Positions 25,597 to 38,100 of a stretch of 64,000 bases of DNA are shown here, piece by piece. Origin of the DNA: Geosiphon pyriformis uo1. Taxonomy: Eukaryota > Fungi > Glomeromycota. The DNA is taken from the NCBI GenBank assembly GCA_016748015.1, contig JAAOMT010000714.1, forward strand, positions 62,001 to 126,000, written 5' to 3'. Both the position numbers and the translations under genes were made by a program. The first letter of the stretch is position 1, and every line of letters begins with the position of its first letter. The notes under the pieces were generated by a model. The model ran no database searches. It saw only the letters and a program-made list of their open reading frames with translations, and was not told the DNA's origin.

Positions 25597-25610
25597 AAAA
25601 AGAGAGATAA
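25595..25610 (+). promoter_or_regulatory. Polypurine tract
   Basis: aaaaaaagagagataa immediately before the 3' LTR TG. Confidence 0.8.
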
Positions 25611-26608
25611 TGTTACCCAAGTAGAAAAACTGATTCAAAGTTATAAAGAAACATGACCAAAACATAACATAATACAAAATAATACACAATAACATGAGAT
25701 AATACGTTATAACTTAGGATAATACAGAATAATATATTATAATATGGGATAACACAAAATAACATATAATAATACCAGATAATATATTATAATATAGGAT
25801 AACTAGTAATAATATAGAAAAACAAAACAATTACAGAAATAGCAAAGTAATAGTTAGCAATAATAAAACAGTCAGAAAGCAATTCTGTAAAACCAAAAGA
25901 ATATATAAAAACAAGTAGTTAAGAAAGGTAGAAAAACAGATATCTAAATATAGACTACTAGATAAGAAGCAATTTTTTTATTTTCAATTATTTTTTATCT
26001 GCTCTTAGATTTCAAAATAAATTAATTATTCAAAATTAAACCTACAAATATATGTTCTCAAAACTTCTATGTTCAAACTAAATCGAGTCATTATTTCATA
26101 CTTCTATTTCAAAACAGATGCTTTTAATATAATTGCCTTGAACCAATAATAATTTGGACCAATCACTCTTAATTATGGCAATTAATGATACTAATTCTTT
26201 TTTTTCATTTTTTTTTTCATTTTTTGTAGAATAACAACATAGTAAAATCAACTGTCTGAGAATAGACTTCATGATAGCCTGATAAAAGAGAGAAGCTCTT
26301 CTTAAGTTTTAGATATTAACATTATCTTAATAGCTTACCAGAAGGATGAAAAAACAACACCAGATCTTAATAACTACACTTTTTAACTTAAAAAAGATAG
26401 TTCACATTTATAAGAAGTTGCAATCAGCAAAAGCCAAATCTCTGTGTTTTATAACCAAAGAATTTGATAGGTAAATACACCTCCAAAGAAAAATTTTTAG
26501 AGACTAATAACTAGAACCAACTGTATCACAAAGATCATACAAAGTTTTTATCATTTGATTGTAAACACCAAACATTACCATCATATACCATCCAGTTTAT
26601 CTATAATA
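25611..26608 (+). repeat. Gypsy-2 3' LTR (998 bp)
   Basis: tgttaccc...ctataata termini; colinear with the 5' LTR. Confidence 0.92.
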
Positions 26609-26629
26609 GTACAGATAATAATTAATTCT

Positions 26630-27935
26630 AATTTCAACTTTAACAATAGTAATAATAACAGTTTTAGCTTAGTTTAAATTAACAATAGCAATAATAATTT
26701 TAACTTTGATTTAAATTTTAAACAATATATTGTATTTTTAGATCTTTTTATAAAGCAAGAACAAAAATTATTTAGCAATAATAATAAAATATTATGTTAG
26801 AACATATATATAATACTAATGCCAAATTTAATCTTAAATATCTTGGAAAAAATACTATTATATTAGAATTTTATTTATATATTAGCATAGATTTAAAAAC
26901 AATACTGAAAATTTTGACAACAACAATAGTTTAATTAACATCCAGAAATAAAAACTATAATTATTAACCAACAAAAAAAAATAACCAATTTACAATTTAA
27001 AAAAATAAAAACAAAATTAAAAAAACAATATTAGAAAAAGAAGTAATAAATTTAATTCAAACTAAAGGTTAGAAAAATTTTAATAAAGCTCAATATTAAA
27101 GAAAAAAATAATATTACTCATAAAAAAAAATACAAAAAAAAACAAATTTTAAGAATTAATTAATAGAAAAATAGTAGTCAAAAAATTAGAACACATTTTC
27201 AAAAATATACATATTTTCAAAAAATTGTGTTACATTTTTAGGAATAAACACATTTTTAGAAAGTAACATAAAAAAAAAGTAAAAATATATAAAATCTTAA
27301 ATAATAAAAATTATATATATATAGTAATAGTATTAAAAGTAAAAAAACAAACAAATAATTAGAAAACAGATAATTGAAAATATTTTTTCTTTCAAAATTA
27401 GTTTTTTATTATTTAAAACAGAATTATATTTATATTAATAAAATATTCATTTAATATTCCAATTCCTGTTATTATCTATTGATTAAAAAAATTATTTATT
27501 ATTTTCATACTATTTATAATTTATGCTAATAATATTCAATATTTAATTATTTTAGAACAATAATTTTTTATTTTTTTTCTTATTTTATTTTATTTTATTT
27601 TTCTTATTTTTTTTGTTGTTTATTAATTAATTAAGGAATTAAATATTAGATATTAATATTAAAAATAGATTAATAAAGATCTATAAAACAAAAGTGACAA
27701 ATTTGGAAAAAAAAATAGCTTACCAAAAAAACATAACTACCAGATTAACCTGGTTTTTATGTTAAAAAAAAATTCAGAAAAAAATCACAAATTGAATTTT
27801 TGTTTATTATACAAAAAACTCAATTAAAATCTTTAAATCAGAAATTCTTTTAGACAATATTAACCTAATTAGCTATTGAACATTAAGTTATAAGTTTGTT
27901 ATTAATTTTAACACCCTAAATAATTATCTATAATA
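26630..27935 (+). mobile_element. Gypsy-4 remnant: dUTPase N-terminal fragment, ORF3 end, PPT and 3' LTR (27112-27935)
   Basis: 'KQYIVFLDL...EHIYNTNAKFNLKYLGK...IDLK' is homologous to 21125-21305. aagctcaatattaaagaaaaaaataa|tattactc resembles the Gypsy-2 PPT/LTR junction, and the LTR end matches 17340-17460. Confidence 0.7.
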
Positions 27936-28149
27936 TTTATTTCTATTAAAAATAAAGTTAACAGCAAAATAACATTAACAATATTAAGAAAAAAATAAAA
28001 AAATCTTTAATAATTTTTTTTATTTTTTTTATTTTAACGAGTAAGATCCACATACAACCTAGCACTATACATTAAAGAAATGATCTAAACTAGGCATAAA
28101 TCATGCACTTTTTACATGTGACCAGCCACTTAGACCAGTCAGAACAACA

Positions 28150-31100
28150 CTACACAGCTATATAGACAGAAATTGAATTACTAATGCTGGAAAAAAACAT
28201 GTAAGACTTGTGAAAACCAAAATGCACACCAAAAGCTTCATCAATACTAAGCAAATCAACCACACCAACAAAAAAACGTGAAGTCAAACCAGAAACCAAA
28301 GTAGGAGACGAGCCATCTAAAGGAATCAGTCTGTGCTTTTCCATATAGGCACAATGTTTGGCACAAACCAACCATATCTCATTTCTAAAAGTGAGGCCAA
28401 GAAAACGTGCGAAATTAACAACCTTCAAACATGTTACCTTGGGATTATGGAAGACGGAAACAGTCTCACAAAACCAATTATCAAAAACAAAACCCTTATG
28501 AAGAGCCATGGACACTGAGGAATCTGAAACACAAGACGACAACAATTACAACAAACATGAAGAAGAGACAGAAGAACCAGAAAGTGTTTTCTAAGTGTTC
28601 ATGTAAGAATCCAACAACCGATACCAAGCAGAACCATCAACCTCACAAGAAAAAACATAATCTGACACCTCCACGTTATCACAATACAGACACAACACAC
28701 TGGAATAAAGTCTATTATAAAGCCATTTTCGAACAGCCACAGACAACTAATAATGCAAAGCCTTTATAAAATAAGAGTGCCCATTAGCTGAAATCCTGCT
28801 AGTGAAACTGGTGACCATATGCAAATCAGGATGCCACACCAAAGACAAGCGAGACCAATCAACATCAGCCCGTAAGTTGTCAGGCAAAAATTTAGAACCA
28901 GACCCCACTTCCCAATATGCACGACACATGGCATGAAAAGTGTCATGAACAAAGTGCCTTAAATTGCCAGAGACAATGTTGCCATCAGTCATCAAAAAGT
29001 ATTCATCCAGGTGAGGAGGAAGAAACCAGTCAGAAACAAAATCAGCATCAGCAATTACATCAGCATGCTTGTTTTCCAAAACCCCAGAATAACCTTTGAC
29101 TTTGCGCCAAGTAACATTTAGGACCTTACTGGAAATGACGTTGGCAATGTGCCAACACTTAATCCAACATTGATTCTGGAAATCAGAAGCCACCATACCC
29201 AATTCCAATTTGCAAGCATCCAAAGCAGACTGACTATCCAAAAACAAATGGACATTACTAAAAACAAGAATACACTCGAGAGCCAACGCAATTGCCTGTA
29301 ACTCAGCCATGGTAGATGACATTAAGCCAGACACACCAACACCTAAACCCATACCAATGTCCTCGAAAAAAGCCACAGCACCCACTTTACAGCCAATTGT
29401 ACCCAAATTTCTTAATAACCCATCAGTATAGACAGACAACACCCTTGTATTAACCTGCGAAAAATGATCACAGATAGACACAAAGCCAGAAGAACCCAGA
29501 ATGTCCAAAAGACCAATATTAGCAAGAACTGGAATGCAAGCAGAAGCGGAATCCTCATCAGCAAGAAACACAGCAGAAAGTCTGAACCACTCAGGAACAG
29601 GGCCACGGGCATCCAGTTTCTTCCATCATTTAAATGTGAACCAATCAAAGACTGTACCATGACAATCACAAAGTTGGTCTACAAAGACCACACCATACTG
29701 CTGAAGCGAAGTGAGACATCTGGAGAAAACTGATTCATCCAAAACAGTTGACATGGGCGTCCCACTATTGACACGAAAGAAATTGGCAAAAGATCCATCC
29801 AAAGACAATTTGCAATTATAAAGCACACGAACCACACCCACCAGAAAATTATTAGAGACGCTAACACAAATGCAAACAGGAGAACTCAATGAATGAATAG
29901 AGCGCCAACATAAAACCTGCAGATCATGAGACCTATAAGAGAACAAACACCCCACAATCCCACCAAAGTTGGCAAAATTAATAAGAGAAGCAACCTTGTT
30001 TTCAGACTGAATCTGTAGCAAAGATTTCAAATCATAAAAGAAGGGGTAAATCAAATCACTAGGAAAGTCGAGTAGAAGTCCAGATTTGAGCTTCAGGCCC
30101 TTATGAATCATAGCATCCCACTTGTTGCAAATGCCAATAGGAATAAAGCTAAACTGTGTTCTATAGCTAAAAATTGTTTGGGGAACCACTGAAACCAAAT
30201 ATAAAAACTGCTTATTTGAGATAGCTTTTTTTAGAACCAAATTTGTAAAAAAACAAATGTCCAAATACACCCTAGTTAAACTAGGTTTGGAAAGACCCTC
30301 AATCGACAGAAATATGCCTAGATACTGATGGAATTCACCTTTTTTGGCTATAGAGATAGGTGAACCACTAATAAAAAGAGCAAAATTTTCAACCCTACAA
30401 TTGATGAAAATAGCTACAGTTTTGTCATTGTTTATTGAAATGTCATTAATCTAGAAAAACTCGCTAGCAACATCCAAAATGTGTTGAGTAGCACTCTGAC
30501 TACTGCCAACCCAAATCGTATCATCAACAAAGGCGCCAGTGGCAAAAAAAAAAGAAAGCCCAGCCTGTGACTCAACATGACCACTCTTGAAAACAAAATG
30601 AGAAATTAGCCTGTACTCACACATACTCTCCTGACACTTGACTTTGCACAAAAGAGGATCATAAAAAATGCACCATAGAAGAATGGAAAAGACCTCTTCT
30701 TGATCTAAACTATCATAGATCTGATAACAATCTGTCAAACCAAAATCTGTCATGACTCAATTAGTGTGATCTTTGTGAATGCTGCCAAAAAACCAAATAA
30801 ACCTGTTGCACATTTTAATTCTGACCAAACACTTCTCTAAATGCTCCCAGCCAACCAAATCATATGCTTTCCTCATATCCTGTAAGACCAGTCAAAGTTC
30901 TCTTTTCTTTTCCAGGGCATCTTCAACAACCAAACCAACTGCAAAAATGGGGGACTGTGTCATTGTACCTCTCAAAACTGAAAAATTGTTACCATAAAAG
31001 ACATTATAAGTGCTGCATGCTAAAGAAATCCTGTCTGAAAGTATTTTGGAGAAAATCTTGTGAGCCGTCTCAATCAGTGCAATAGGACAAGTATTTGTAA

Positions 31101-32746
31101 AAACACTCTCCTATTCATATGGTTTGAGAATTATTGAAACCCAAGCTTCCCTCCAGGGGCCAGGGACAGATTCCTCAGACAAGCAAGAGTTCAAAAGCAC
31201 CAAGAGCATATTAAGGACTGAAATATCGCAATGTTTCCAAAGCTCATTTGAGATACCTGAAAGACCAGCAGCTTTGCCATCCGGCAGGTTGGAAACAACC
31301 CCAAACAGTTTATTAAAGTCTATTAAACCCATCACACCAGAAAAAGCTTCATCAAAAACATAACCTAGAGGATGATACTGGTGAGACCACTCATCATTAA
31401 CGTCGAGCACCACTCTATGCTTTCTAGTCTAACCTTTCATAATCTCATTCACCTTGGACTTTACTGGAGCAGGATCCAACACCAGTTCATCTCCTATCAC
31501 CAAATGGTCTAAAACCACTTTGCGGAAGGGTCGCTTCAAAATACTACATACAGTATGACTTTTGTTCAACTCAAAACTCTCCATTCTTTTGTCAATTACT
31601 GACTTGATCTGAGATTCTTTGGCACAGTTTGATTCTGACAACTTAGATGAATGGTAGGATTTCCTGATCTTGGCCAAAGCTGAACAAATGGTATCAAAAT
31701 GAGAACCTGAAAGAAAGAGAGAATCCACAACAAAAGTGTTAGCAGGATCAATCCCTTTCCATGTATCAAGTAGAGAAGCAAACTTTTCATGAAAGACCAG
31801 ATGAAAGGCTTTAACAATTTTCAACACCAAAAGTTCTAATTTGTGAAATCTGGATGATACTTTATTATAAACACTATCGAAACCTTTAAACCACTTTTTT
31901 TTGAAAACGTTCTCAGCCGACAAACACACCACTTGGTAAAAGTGACTCCACATTGTGTCCAGGTTCAAACTCATCTTGGCAGCATAAAATTCATCATGGA
32001 ACATGACAGCATTCACCAACATATCCTCTTTAAACTTGATTCATTCAGTATTACCAGCATCCACAAAATTGTACTTCCAATGATCCTTATTCACTTGTTT
32101 GGACAATAAGTTCAACTGCGCATTCAGTAAACCACCAAGACCCACAGAAACAGAAACAGCCTTATGATCAGTATCAAAATACTCTTCAATACCAGACACA
32201 TTATGATCCAAAATTGCGTTAACTAGACTCGATGACACAAACACATAATCAATAATTTTAGCCACTTCATGAGAATTGGCCCACGTAGCTTCCTTTCCAA
32301 ACAAGCTTCCACTCAAAGAGTTGACCAAACCCAAATCAAAACATTTTCTGAAGCTGGCACTTTTGCGAGAACCATCTTCATTAAAATCACCACTCAAGAT
32401 AATGAAGAAAGACTCATTTACTGTCTTCACAATCAAAAAAATGATATTATTTGCTTGAGAGAAATGTACTGTCAAAAATGATCCAGCATACAGCCCCAAA
32501 ACTGACACAGACAGTTTATTTTTGAAGAAAAGCTTGACAGAAAAAAACCGGCCAAGAATGTCCAAAACCTTACACACATGCCAAGCCAAGAAATTGTTTA
32601 TAATGATTATGACCCTAGAACTCATGTGACCAGAATTCAAACCAGAAGTAAAAACCCGAATGCCAACAAATAATATCCTCTTGTTTTGTAGGATTGTTCA
32701 TTCCCTTAACATTGCACGTGGCAATTTTCTAAATATAACTGGTCAT
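28150..32746 (-). pseudogene. LINE A ORF2: APE endonuclease, RT, RNase H, CCHC
   Basis: SGDFN, IIDY, DTDH (APE); QEEVFS..., GAFVDD (RT); VYTDG, AELQA, LDSQ, KVKGYSG...HAD (RNase H). Multiple stops and an 89-bp 5' deletion. Confidence 0.93.
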
Positions 32747-34619
32747 TGAGATGAAGAGAGGACCAAAGGACCCAAACCAGCACACATTTGCTCTAACTTC
32801 GCCAAAATTGAGCCAATAGAGGCATTGAGAGCAACCAACTTCAACTCTAAAATGCAACTTTAGAAATTAGCACCTTGGAACTGCTCAGACCCAATTAAGA
32901 ATTGTCATTGCCAGAAGAGAGAAAAATAGGCTGAATCAAAAGAACACCTAACACCATGTTGAAACCCAAGTCAGAGTCAGCAACCATAAGAGAATCAGAG
33001 ATGGATGGGTGAGAAGTACCCACTAAAGGAATTACACTAGAAGGAGGAGCTGAAGGCACCAAACTGAGATTGTCAAGACAAAAAAGAATATTTGAAATTT
33101 GATCAGATAAGAGCTCCACAAAGTGTTCCAAATGTGCTAAACATGTACCCAAGGGGGAATCAACCATAGAAAGAGGGGGAAGGGTACCACCAGAACTTGA
33201 AGCACCAAAGAGCAGAGAACCAGAACCAGAGCCATCATAAAAACCATGAAAGGCTAAAGCGATTGAGACCACTTGAGCCCAGGATTTGCCTCCAAAAGCA
33301 ACAGAACAAGAAATCGAAACCTTCTTTTTAGCATATAATTTGGCCAACTGGAGACAAGTATCCAAGTTAGCAAGTTTTTTAAATGACTTAGGTGACTAAG
33401 AAGCTGATGCAACCCCAGCATCACATTCTAAGGCAGAATGACCAAACTTTCCACACCGTTCACAGCAAACTAAATCCAACCTAGCCCATAAGAGTTTCAT
33501 ACCACCAAAGATTGGCTCCATGCAAAAAGCTAACTCCATAGCTTTATTAGATTCAAAACAGACCACAGCACAGCGAGTTCTATTGCCAGTCTTCAATAAA
33601 TGATTGATGACACAAGTTTTCTTACCAGCCCCTTCCAAAAGAGTCCCAAGATCATGAGCTGTCATTCCCACTGGCAATGTGAAAAAAAGCACCCTGAATT
33701 GATCCCTAAAAGCCCATGTCTCATGATCTCCCACAGTCTTGGCCACATGCACAGAATTTTTCTCAATTAGGAACGACCATTTCGATGCTAACAGATCAGC
33801 CTGGCTAGATTCAGCGAACTCCACTACAGCCTTCTGCCACAGCCCAATTAACTGAACTTTGATAGACACAATCTGACCATATTCAGATACTGCAGCAATG
33901 ATCATTTCTTTTGGCATGTCTATGGGAATTTTTTTTATCACCACAGCCCAATCTGAATGCACTTCTTGTTTTTTGAGATCGGTGTTTACGATGATCCCAT
34001 TTTCTCTAGCCAATGATACAGCTTTTTTCATGCTTTCTTCTGATGTGAATGTGGATCTGATAATCTCTTCAAATTTTGAGGGGATAGTAGCCCCCCCAAA
34101 ACCAATGATTTTTGAGAAAATTTTTCTTATGAACTGAGTTTTTGCCATCACTGATTTGCCTTCCACATTTGAGATATTGATATCCAAAGCAAATGATTTC
34201 TTAACCACTACCTCTACTTAAGTCTTAATAATTTTAGGGTCTAACCAAATCTTGTCCAGAAAGATACCAAGAGGAGGAGGGAGGGGACCACCATCATCAT
34301 CATCCATGTTATAATTCAAGGAACCAAGAGGGGAACTGTAGTCCAAATTATTCCTAACCCTTTTTGTCTTAGGAGTTGTTGCAGCTGAGCCAAAAAGAGA
34401 ACCATCATCACCACTAGCCAATATGTCACCAGCAACATTGTCACCAGAATCACTTTCCATATCTGAGTATTGACTTCTTTTAGAATAAGGTTTAGCCAAA
34501 GCAGTTTCTTGTTTATCATTAGACTGAATCATATGGCAAAGAGAAACCCTTTTCTTTTGAGAGGAGGGGCCACCAGTAGAACCAGAAAAAGCACCAACAG
34601 GAGCTTTCTTATTTAACAT
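32743..34619 (-). pseudogene. LINE A ORF1 (RRM-like region, CCHC knuckle, coiled coil)
   Basis: ORFs 34218, 33396 and 32895; CERCGKFGHSALEC; AVVIKKIP...SEYGQIVSIK...AVVEF (RRM-like). Confidence 0.88.
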
Positions 34620-34791
34620 ACTACCGCTGGAAGCAGCTTCCAGGTCTACAACAAATGGATTATTTGTAAGAGAAATAGTGAAGTATAGCAAGTAAAAAAA
34701 ACAAAAAACAAAAAAAAAACTTCTTTCAAAAACGTGATCTTTGGAGAATTTGGGATGTAGGAGAGGGCCTTTTTTGTTTTTCTTCAATAAT

Positions 34792-35600
34792 AATAGTTAA
34801 AAAAAAAATAACTTATAACAATTTTAATAGCAACAACCAAAAATAATTTAAAAACAAAATTTATATAAAACAATTTAATATTATTTTTTAAAACTAACTT
34901 AAATCTAACAAAACTAAATAATAACTTAAACAAAAAACTAATTAAAACTAATTTAATCTTAAATATAGTACTAAACATTAAAGTAAAAACTATTTATTCA
35001 GCAAATTTTTAACAATTAAAAATTGTTTTTCAAGTATTATTAGAAACAGTATTAAAAAACAAAAAAAATAATATTAACTTAGTTTTTATTTAATTAGTTT
35101 AATTCTTAAAATCAAATAATTTAATAAGTTATTTTGTTTTTAAAACTAATAATAATCTGCCAAAAAACATTATATTTAATAATACAATCAGTAATTAATC
35201 TTGGCTTATTTTTAAAAACATATTATTGTTATTGTTATTTACATTAAAAAAAAACTGGTTATTATTAAGAAAATTTTTTTCAAAATCTTATTTAAAACCA
35301 TAAAAAAATTTAATATTATAATAATAAATATAAGTAATTATTATTGTTTTTTTGAGTTTTTGGTTTTTTTAGCTATTTGCAAAATATTAGTAATAGTATT
35401 AATAAAAAAAACAAAGAAAATTAACTTGTTAATTAATCTATTATTAAAAATTTTAGAACTTTTAAAGAAAATAAAAACAATACTAAAATTAATTCAATTA
35501 TATTTCTTAAAAAAAACTTTAATTAAAAAAAAACCACCAGTTAAAAATAAAAAAAATGTTCTAAAAACTATTAAAAACAGTATTTTATATTTTGATTTAA
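34792..35600 (-). pseudogene. Very decayed ORF1-like 5' fragment that hosts LINE A (continues 27936-28014)
   Basis: Weak similarity of 35520-35580 (minus) to the 'GAFSGSTGG..SQKK' ORF1 start; flanks the LINE A TSD. Confidence 0.4.
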
Positions 35601-36236
35601 TTATAATTATAAAATTAAAAAAAAGAAAAAATTTATTATATTTAATAAAATTAAGATTTTTTATTTTTTATTTAATAATTAATATTCAAATTTTTTTATG
35701 CATCCATTTTACTAGTTTAAAAACAGTTAATTTAGCTTAATTTAATTTTTAAACACAAAATTTTAAAAAAATTATGTAAAACTATTTAATTATTTGTTTT
35801 AATATTTTTATTTAAAAAACAAAATACTAAAATTTTGTAAGATTTTAAATATAATATTATGAATTTTAACTATAAATTATTTATATTCAAAAATTTATTA
35901 AAAAGCAAATTTGTTGAAAAAAAGTTTTTAATCATTTAGTATAATAAATCTAAACTCTTTTTGCTTGATTACAAGACTATTATCAATTTTAGTATTACTA
36001 TTATAAAGAAGTCTATTAAAATTCTTAGTTTTAGAAGTAATAGCAAATGGATTTTTTTTAAAAATAAAAATAATAATAATACTTTAGAAAATAGTATAAA
36101 AAAAAACTTTTTTTTCTCTTACTTCTTAAAAATCCTTAAAAAGCATATTTCAAAAGAAGTTTTTTTCTGCTATTTCATACTGTTTTCTATCATTTTACAA
36201 AAAAAAAATCCTTTTGTTGTTGACCTGGCTGCTCCC

Positions 36237-38100
36237 ATGAGTGGTACTGGTGCTAAAAGAAAGTCGACCAGAGTTTCAATTTCTGGTTCAGTTAGTAGTA
36301 GTTCAAGTCACAAGGTCAAAAAACCTCCTAGTGGTGCTAAGCTATCAAGTAATAGTGTGGTTCTCAAAGATAGTAGATCTGGTCAAGTGGTCGGACAGTT
36401 TAATAGCATGGTTACTAATGGGGAGGCTTCTGAAGGTAAAAGAGTATCCGATTTCAAGATGAATACACCCCAAGCCAAGCGTTTCAATAATAGTGTGATT
36501 GTTGACTCCTTTTTCGGCTCTATTAATTTTGACATGGAGAAGAAAGAGGAGGTTTCTCTTCCCCCCTCCATAAGTCTTTTTCTTTGAATAAGGCATGAAT
36601 TGATTCCAAAATCATTAAAACTCAGGTGGAAGTGGCTGTAAAAAAATTTTTTGCTTTGGACATCAATCTTTCGGCTGTGAAAGGGAAATCGGCAACAACC
36701 AAAACTCATGCCATAAGAAAATTATTTTCAAGAATCAATGGTTTTGGGGTACCCACTACCCCCTCAAAATTTGAAGGGATCATCAGATCTACCTTCACCT
36801 CTGAAGCAAGTATGGAAAAGGCCACCTTATTGGCCAGAGAAAATGACATCATAGTTAACAGCAATTTTAAGAGACAAGGAATTAGGTCAGATCGGACTGT
36901 GGTGATCAAAGAGATTCCCATAGACACGCCAAAGGATATGATCGTCACCGCAGTGTCTGAATTTGGGAAAATTAAATCAATCAAAATTCAGCTGATTGGC
37001 ATGTGGCAGAAAGCTGTGATAGAATTTGCCGAACTGGGACAGGCAGAGCAATTGGCTTCCAAATGGTTCTTCTTAATTGGGAAAGATTCTGTGTGTGTGG
37101 CAAAAACTGTGGGAGATTGTGAGACATGGGCTTTTAAGGATCAATTCAGGGTGCTTCTATTTACATTGCTAGTGGGAATAACAGTTCATGATCTTGGGAC
37201 TCTTTTGGAAGAGGCCGGTGGGAAAACTTGTGTCATCAATTGTTCATTGGAGACTGGCAATAAAACTTGCTGTGCTGTAGTCTGTTTTGAATCTGATGAA
37301 GCTATGGAGTCAGCTTTTTGCACGGAGCCAATCTTTGGTGGTGTGAAACTCTCATGGGCTAAGTTGGATTTAGTTTGCTGTAAACAGTGTAAGAAATTTG
37401 GTCATTCTGCCTTGGAATGTGATGCTGAGGTTGCGTCAGCTTCTCAGTCACCCAAGTCATTTAAAAAGCCTGCTAACTTGGATACTCGTCTCCAGCTGGC
37501 CAAATTATATGCTAAAAAGAAAGTTCCGATCTCTTGTCCTGTTGCTTTTGGAGGCAAATCTTGGGCCCAAGTGGTCTTAGTTGCTTCAGTCTCTCATGGT
37601 TCTCATGATGGCTCTGGTTCTGGTTCTCTGCTCTTTGGTGCTTCAAGTTCTGGTGGTACCTTTCCCCCTCTTTCTATGGTTGATTCCCCCTTGGGTACAT
37701 GTTTAGCACATTTGGAACACTTTGTGGAGCTCTTATCTGATCAAATTTCAAACATTCTTTTTTGTCTTGACAATCTCAGTTTGGTGCCTTCAGCTCCTCC
37801 TTCTAGTGTAATTCCTTTAGTGGGTACTTCTTACCCATCCATCTCTGATTCTCTTATGGTTGCTAACTCTGACTTGGGTTTCAACATGGTGTTAGGTGTT
37901 CCTTTGATTCAGCCTATTTCTCTCTCTTCTGGCAATGACAATTCTTAATTGGGTCTGAGCAGTTCCAAGATGCTAATTTCTAAAGTTGCATTTTAGAGTT
38001 GAAGTTGGTTGCTCTCAATGCCTCTATTGGCTCAATTTTGGCGAAGTTAGAGCAAATGTGTGCTGGTTTGGGTCCTTTGGTCCTCTCCTTGTCTCAATGA
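36237..38100 (+). pseudogene. LINE B ORF1
   Basis: ORFs 35961 and 36626; CKQCKKFGHSALEC; premature TAA at 37946 and a 1-bp deletion at ~37988. Confidence 0.9.

Larger units (their letters stand above)
15671..26608 (+). mobile_element. Structurally complete Ty3/Gypsy element 'Gypsy-2' with dUTPase and an extra 3' ORF, 4-bp TSD GTGC/GTAC; inactivated by point mutation
   Basis: Paired LTRs 15671-17601 and 25611-26608, PBS, PPT, domain order PR-RT-RH-IN. TSD at 15667-15670 and 26609-26612. Confidence 0.93.
28015..34780 (-). mobile_element. Full-length LINE 'A' with poly(A) and 11-bp TSD (tctttaataat / tcttcaataat)
   Basis: Poly-T at 28015-28030, 3' UTR, ORF2, ORF1, 5' UTR. TSD at 28004-28014 and 34781-34791. 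Confidence 0.92.
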
